A stretch of DNA of 64,000 nucleotides, taken from positions 1,248,001 to 1,312,000 of the forward strand of contig OZ257156.1 in NCBI GenBank assembly GCA_965279375.1. The letters run 5' to 3'. Under the pieces are notes generated by a model. It worked only from the letters and a program-made list of their open reading frames with translations. It had not been told where the DNA came from and made no database searches. A program made the position numbers and the translations under genes. Shown one piece after another: positions 59,087 through 64,000 of the stretch (positions are counted from its first letter, which is position 1; the number at the start of each line of letters is the position of its first letter). The DNA comes from Gemmatimonas sp. (GTDB taxonomy: Bacteria > Gemmatimonadota > Gemmatimonadetes > Gemmatimonadales > Gemmatimonadaceae).

Positions 59087-59797
59087 GTGTTGCCTTCAGC
59101 CATCGAGACTACGTTTCAACAGGACGGCTACATCATCACACCGGATGCAGTCGCGCCGGGAGATATCGATTCGCTGATCGAGGCGATCGGGCCGATGGCC
59201 GCCGCGCTTGGGGGTTCACGCGGTGGTATCCGCCACCTTCTACGCGACGCGCCCGCAGTTCAAGAACTTGCCCGCCATCTGACGGTCCGCGCCATCGCGG
59301 AAGCGGCCGTCGGCCCCGGCGCGATCGCCGTTCGCGGCATCCTCTTCGATAAGACGCCAGGCGCAAACTGGAAGGTCATCTGGCATCAAGACCTGACGAT
59401 CGCCACCCAGGCACGCGCCGACGTTGACGGGTTTGGTCCGTGGACCGAGAAGCAAGGGATACCCCATGTACAGCCGCCGGTGGACCTCCTCCGCGAGATG
59501 GTCGCGGTGCGCGTTCATCTCGACGACTGCACGACCGAAAACGGGCCGGTCCGGGTCATTCTAGGGTCACATCGTCGAGGCAGGCTCACGGCGGCCGAGA
59601 CGGATCAGATCAGGAAGGAGGGACCCGAGGTCGTCTGCACGGTGCCGCGAGGCGGCATTCTCGCCTTCCACTCGCTCTTGCTTCATGCATCATCTCAGGC
59701 GCTGCTCCCTCAACATCGGAGAGTGGTCCACTTGGAGTATGTCGCCCGCCGTTGGGCGAACCTGCCGGGCGGTCTCGCTTGGCACGAGCGGTACTAG
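59087..59797 (+). CDS. PhyH-family dioxygenase, copy 2
   Basis: paralogue of 49971. Confidence 0.9.
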   Translation: MLPSAIETTFQQDGYIITPDAVAPGDIDSLIEAIGPMAAALGGSRGGIRHLLRDAPAVQELARHLTVRAIAEAAVGPGAIAVRGILFDKTPGANWKVIWHQDLTIATQARADVDGFGPWTEKQGIPHVQPPVDLLREMVAVRVHLDDCTTENGPVRVILGSHRRGRLTAAETDQIRKEGPEVVCTVPRGGILAFHSLLLHASSQALLPQHRRVVHLEYVARRWANLPGGLAWHERY

Positions 59798-59827
59798 ACC
59801 TCGCAGGGACAGTGGCTCGCGCGTGCT

Positions 59828-59938
59828 AGCTAACCTTGCGTTGCGCTTGACAGGGCCGATAAGGAGGGCGGCCTGTTCGCTGGCGCTCACTGGCCGCAAT
59901 TTATGGAAGGGCCCTGCAAGCGAACGCGCTCGTTAGAC
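59828..59938 (+). repeat. attC site (family A)
   Basis: AGCTAAC...GTTAGAC. Confidence 0.93.
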
Positions 59939-60008
59939 CGCACTAGAGTCGACGTAACGACTATTGGCACGTGAGCAATTGACCAGATTCGGTCCGAGGC
60001 CCTTACCG

Positions 60009-60473
60009 ATGAGAACCGAAGTCACCGTACGAGCTGCCGCTATTTCGCGCGGCATCATCCGCGAAGATGCTCCCCGCACCACCACATCACGGGGTGTCCC
60101 ACGCCGCGCGAGGTGGCACATGCTGGTGTGGCTGGCCTGCGCGAGCTGTTCGTCCTCCGGATCGACGGAGCCCACCCTGCCCGCGGTCCAGCGCATCGTC
60201 ATCGAGACCGGGATGTTGAGCGCTGTCGAGATGCCGCTGCGCGGTCGGACGCAGGTCGTGGTCTTCGCGCGGGCCGCCGATGGCACCATCGTGCGGGATG
60301 TGCCCGTCCCCGAATTGATCAGCCGCGATACCACGCGCTTCGTGGTCGAGCCCGGCTTGTGGGTCCGCTCAGTCGGCACGGGCGGCTCGACGACCCTCAT
60401 GGCGCGGTTGGTGCTCGGCGGGCGCACGTTCCTCGACAGTGCCCGCGTGGGGACGGTGATCCCGCTCAACTGA
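60009..60473 (+). CDS. Probable lipoprotein, Ig-like
   Basis: LACASC followed by a S/T-rich linker; start uncertain. Confidence 0.55.
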   Translation: MRTEVTVRAAAISRGIIREDAPRTTTSRGVPRRARWHMLVWLACASCSSSGSTEPTLPAVQRIVIETGMLSAVEMPLRGRTQVVVFARAADGTIVRDVPVPELISRDTTRFVVEPGLWVRSVGTGGSTTLMARLVLGGRTFLDSARVGTVIPLN

Positions 60474-60661
60474 GCGTGGCCGCTGGTCGGCGTCCGCTCG
60501 CACAGGAAGCACGGTGCCGCGTGGTGGACACGAGGCGTTCGTCCCGACGGGCGCGAGTGCGCACGAGGCACGGCCGGGCGCCGCCGGGGCCGCGCTGCCC
60601 GTGACGGTCGCGACGGCGCCGCGCCCGTGCTATCACCCCAATCCCGCCGGCCGCCCGTGCG

Positions 60662-60772
60662 GTCTAACCTCGCGTTGCGCTTGACAGGGCCGTCAAGGAT
60701 TGTGGCCTGTTCGCTGGCGCTCACTGGCCACAACTTATGGAAGGGCCCTGCAAGCGAACGCAATCGTTAGAC
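60662..60772 (+). repeat. attC site (family A)
   Basis: GTCTAAC...GTTAGAC. Confidence 0.93.
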
Positions 60773-61001
60773 GGCCTCGCGAACGTCGTCGTCGACGCGT
60801 GTCCGTCGCGACGCGGACACAACGATATTTGGCATTGCTGAGTACGGCGCGCCCGAATTTCAGACGAGCGCGCGCAGCGCCCGGCGTTGCCTTCGCTGGG
60901 GCGCCCTGCCAAGTTGCCGAACGGCCGACGCGGCGTCACGCGCCGCCCACGCTTTCGTCGCCACCGCGGGTCCGCGCACCGCATTGGACTGGAGTTGGGA
61001 T

Positions 61002-61430
61002 ATGAGGGGGCGTCTCTTCCGCCGGATGGTCGCGCTAGCCGTGCTGCTCGCGGCCTGTCGCACGTCCGAACTGACGAGTGTCTCCCCGGCGCCGATCCAA
61101 CTCCGTGTCGTCGCCGGCACGGTGGTGACCGCCGGCGCGGGGCTGAACCTGACGCTCCTCAATGGCAGCGCGGACGCCGTCGGCTACAACTGGTGCGCAA
61201 GCACCCACTTCGAGCAGCAGCGTGCGGGGCAGTGGACCCGCGTGAGTTTCAGCGACCGGGTCTGCACTCTCTCGTTGACGGTGTTGTCGGCCGGCGGCCG
61301 ACAGGACGGCCTCGTCTTCCTTCCGCAGACCCTCGGCGCCGGGACCTATCGGGTGGTGATCGTCGTGACTCCAGAGCGGGAGGGCGCGGCCCCGATGCGC
61401 GCGGAGAGCGACGCCTTCACCGTGCGCTAG
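61002..61430 (+). CDS. Ig-like lipoprotein
   Basis: LAAC lipobox; GYNWC, GTYRV. Confidence 0.75.
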   Translation: MRGRLFRRMVALAVLLAACRTSELTSVSPAPIQLRVVAGTVVTAGAGLNLTLLNGSADAVGYNWCASTHFEQQRAGQWTRVSFSDRVCTLSLTVLSAGGRQDGLVFLPQTLGAGTYRVVIVVTPEREGAAPMRAESDAFTVR

Positions 61431-61493
61431 CGTGTCGGTGTACTCCGAGCGCGGCGGGGGTCTGCCGTCGCTCGGATGGTGCGCTGGTCGGCC

Positions 61494-61613
61494 GTCTAAC
61501 CTTGCGTTGGTGCAGTCAGCCGCTCAGCGGTGCGCCGTGTAACTCCGGCGCTGGCGCGCCTGCGTTCACGGCTTCCTATTCTGAGCGGCTGCTGCACAAC
61601 GCTATCGTTAGAT
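61494..61613 (+). repeat. attC site (family B)
   Basis: GTCTAAC...GTTAGAT. Confidence 0.93.
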
Positions 61614-61765
61614 GGCGGCTCAAGAATTGGTGTAATCGCGAGTGCGTCGCGCGATATTGGAGATGGAGTCGTCGTGAGATTTCGCGACGGTCGTGCTCGT
61701 GGCATCACTTCACGAGTTCTCGCGAACGCGTCCCCAACATCGTGCAGTCCATTGGGAGGTGTGCA

Positions 61766-62062
61766 ATGTCTGAGAAGCCGGGTTCGCCGCATTGGGCGGC
61801 GTCGTCGGAAGGTCGTGTCCTCCGCGTCGTCGGGGCCCTGATCGCGGGGATTGATCTGGCGATCGTGTGGTCCGATCTGCGCGCGGGACAGGCGGTGCCC
61901 TGGACCGCGTGGGCGCGTCCGCTCTGGATGGCGGCGCTCGTCCTCGGTGCGGATCCACGGTTCGCGCGGCGTTGGCCGACGCGGCAGCCCGTGACGTGGA
62001 TGGGGCTCGCCGTCTTTGGGATGCTGTACCTCGTGGTGCGTACGGCGACCCACGGCTCGTAG
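61766..62062 (+). CDS. Small 3-TM membrane protein, duplicate of 39286
   Basis: identical translation. Confidence 0.75.
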   Translation: MSEKPGSPHWAASSEGRVLRVVGALIAGIDLAIVWSDLRAGQAVPWTAWARPLWMAALVLGADPRFARRWPTRQPVTWMGLAVFGMLYLVVRTATHGS

Positions 62063-62205
62063 TCCGTCGGGACGCCGCGTTCGCCGTCCGCGCATAGCCC
62101 CGGTGCCGCGAAGGGCCCCGAGTGACGGTCCCCCGTTCGCATGACCGCGGCGTTGCGTCGCGCGACCGGCTCGCGTGGCCGCGACACTGCGCCGCACGTG
62201 CCGCC

Positions 62206-62325
62206 ATCTAACCTCACGTTGGTGCAGTCAGCCGCTCAGCGGTGCGCCGTGTAACGCGCGCACTGGCGTGCGCTCGTTCACGGCTTCCTATTCTGAGCGG
62301 CCGCTGCACAACGTAAGCGTTAGAC
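62206..62325 (+). repeat. attC site (family B)
   Basis: ATCTAAC...GTTAGAC. Confidence 0.93.
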
Positions 62326-62360
62326 CGCTTTCCACCATTGACCATTCCGCGAGACTACTA

Positions 62361-63026
62361 GTGAACTGGGATCTTGTTCGGTCAACCGCGTTGTCTCTTC
62401 TCCTCGGAGGAGGCGCCGGGCTTGCGATTGCAGCCTTCGTGTCAAAGCGTCTGGTAGAGCAAGCACTGACGGCAAGGATGGAGAGGTACAAGGCGGAGCT
62501 GACGCAGCGTACGGAGGCTCTCAAGACTGAGATGTCGATCTATGCACACGAGCATACGGTTGCACTCTCGCGGGTCGATGCGCAGCGTGCTCAGGCGGTT
62601 GAACTCGTATACGCAGCCATGCGCGCCTGGACTAGGCCGGCAATTGCACTCGTGTCGGGCTCGCCACTAGCAGATCCCGACGACGGGGATATCTGGAAGC
62701 ACTCCTGCGAGCAGGCAGAAAGTGCGCATAGTGCAGGGCTGCGACTATCGGACGTTCTCGACGAACAGGCGATCTACCTAGACTCTGTGACGTATGAGAA
62801 ACTCGCGGAGACTACGTTGCACAGCATGCGAATGATCGCGAAGTTCCTCCGCATAATTCGAGAAGCTCAGGCTTGCGCTCAGGAGGAAGAAACGGCACCA
62901 GCGCTAGAGGTCGAGCGAAGGAAGCTGGCAGTACAGTTCCAAAAGCATATCATGCCGCTTCATCAGGATGTGGTTGGCGAATTCCGGAGACTACTCGGCG
63001 TTGAACGGGCGCGAGAAGCGGTCTAA
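62361..63026 (+). CDS. Hypothetical protein, N-terminal TM + helical domain
   Basis: GTG start; TAA in R''. Confidence 0.7.
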   Translation: MNWDLVRSTALSLLLGGGAGLAIAAFVSKRLVEQALTARMERYKAELTQRTEALKTEMSIYAHEHTVALSRVDAQRAQAVELVYAAMRAWTRPAIALVSGSPLADPDDGDIWKHSCEQAESAHSAGLRLSDVLDEQAIYLDSVTYEKLAETTLHSMRMIAKFLRIIREAQACAQEEETAPALEVERRKLAVQFQKHIMPLHQDVVGEFRRLLGVERAREAV

Positions 63027-63130
63027 CCTTGCGTTGCGCTTGACAGGGCCTTCATGGATTGCTCCCTGTTCGCTGCGCTCACTGGTCGCATCCTGTTGAA
63101 GGGCCCTGCAAGCGAACGCGATCGTTAGGC
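63021..63130 (+). repeat. attC site (family A)
   Basis: GTCTAAC...GTTAGGC. Confidence 0.93.
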
Positions 63131-63231
63131 GTCACCCCAGCGACACCGCTCAACGGATGAGCGCTGCTCATATTCCGCCGACGTGAGCGCGCATCTGCAG
63201 TGTCCAGCGAAAGCTTCCCCATTCGGCCGCC

Positions 63232-63654
63232 ATGCCAAACTACTTCGCACCCAGGACGCTCGAGGAATGGCGTGGACGATCGATCTACGAGCGGGTGGGC
63301 GTACGCTTCTTCAAACGCGTTCTCCTGCCCGATGCGTTCTTGCGCTTCCGCCTGCGTCGCAAGAAGGCGAGGACAAGCGGTCGAGGAGGTATCGAGGCAG
63401 AACTGAGACGCCTTGAGTGGGAGACGAGGCGGAACGAAGCGATTCACGTGCTGGCCCTGCTTCTTACCGGGTGCCTTCTTGTTCTTCGGCGTCCGCACAT
63501 ATCCATTGGACAGTGGTTTGTCATCCTCGCCATAAACCTCTACGTCAACGTGTACCCCATCTTTGTCCAGCGCTACAATCGCTTTCGACTACTGCGGCTG
63601 ATGCGCGCGTGCCAGTCACGCCAGGCCGAAGATGACCTTGCCCGAGCAACGTGA
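63232..63654 (+). CDS. CrtO-like (glycosyl-4,4'-diaponeurosporenoate acyltransferase family) membrane protein
   Basis: YERVGVRFFK, ETRRNEAIH, NVYPIFVQRYNR. Confidence 0.75.
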   Translation: MPNYFAPRTLEEWRGRSIYERVGVRFFKRVLLPDAFLRFRLRRKKARTSGRGGIEAELRRLEWETRRNEAIHVLALLLTGCLLVLRRPHISIGQWFVILAINLYVNVYPIFVQRYNRFRLLRLMRACQSRQAEDDLARAT

Positions 63655-64000
63655 CGCCTCTCGCGCTTTGCGGCAAACGTGCGGACGGGGGTACTGTAAG
63701 CAGGCGGCGCGTGGTGCGGGCGACGTCCGAGGCCGGTATAGGATAGGCAGCCCACGCCCGCGGCGTTGCTTGATGCGGCATACAGCTGACCCGATTATGA
63801 CCCGGTCGGCGAACCAGTGGCCGCCAACGGCATCTGACGATGCCGAATTCACCACTCGGCCGACGATGCGAACATTCGTGGCATCGATCCTGATGCCGTC
63901 GCGCACGTCCGCGAGGACCTCCTTGAGGCCGTCGGTGGCCGAGTGCTGAAACACGGACTGCGGGCCGTGGCCGGCTGGCGCCTATTTCTCCGGCGGCCCT

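Larger units (their letters stand above)
1..64000 (+). mobile_element. Integron gene-cassette array (superintegron-type; integrase not in window)
   Basis: 61 co-oriented imperfect inverted repeats RYYTAAC...GTTRRRY flanking 1-3 genes each; cassette-end heptamers complementary. Confidence 0.97.

Noticed and set aside
91..63130. Repeats as a CRISPR array, REP/BIME or MITE family
   Set aside because: Repeats are 96-139 bp, separated by gene-sized inserts, with R''/R' core sites and cassette-end complementarity, which identifies them as attC
1..64000. Integrase, transposase, reverse transcriptase, tRNA or rRNA
   Set aside because: No tyrosine-recombinase, DDE or YxDD motifs and no stable-RNA patterns seen
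63655..64000. Possible gene or array end after the last CDS
   Set aside because: No attC or convincing ORF in the remaining 346 bp; cannot decide at the window edge

Overview
The whole window is the interior of a large integron gene-cassette array (sedentary chromosomal 'superintegron' type). I find 61 intact attC sites in the same orientation, plus one decayed site, delimiting about 60 cassettes. No integrase, attI or Pc lies in the window. In 58 of 60 complete cassettes the left R' heptamer is the exact reverse complement of the right R'' heptamer. There are two attC families (about 110 bp and about 119 bp) and two outliers. Cargo falls into four groups. (i) Many predicted anti-phage/conflict genes: PIN, HEPN, TIR, TIR-Mrr, pentapeptide-Mrr, DUF262+HEPN, a HigB/HigA-IrrE/beta triad resembling PD-lambda-2, GIY-YIG+HEPN, FRG, EVE-like and an NDT-like-Tudor fusion. 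(ii) Seven toxin-antitoxin modules, several with their own promoters. (iii) GC-rich secreted, lipoprotein and membrane genes and small enzymes, of a style suggesting a Gemmatimonadota host (inference). (iv) A three-member family of apparently gene-less cassettes with conserved, mutually complementary motifs. Three cassettes are duplicated apparently exactly, and several others occur as diverged paralogues. All family assignments come from motif recognition by eye, not from database searches.
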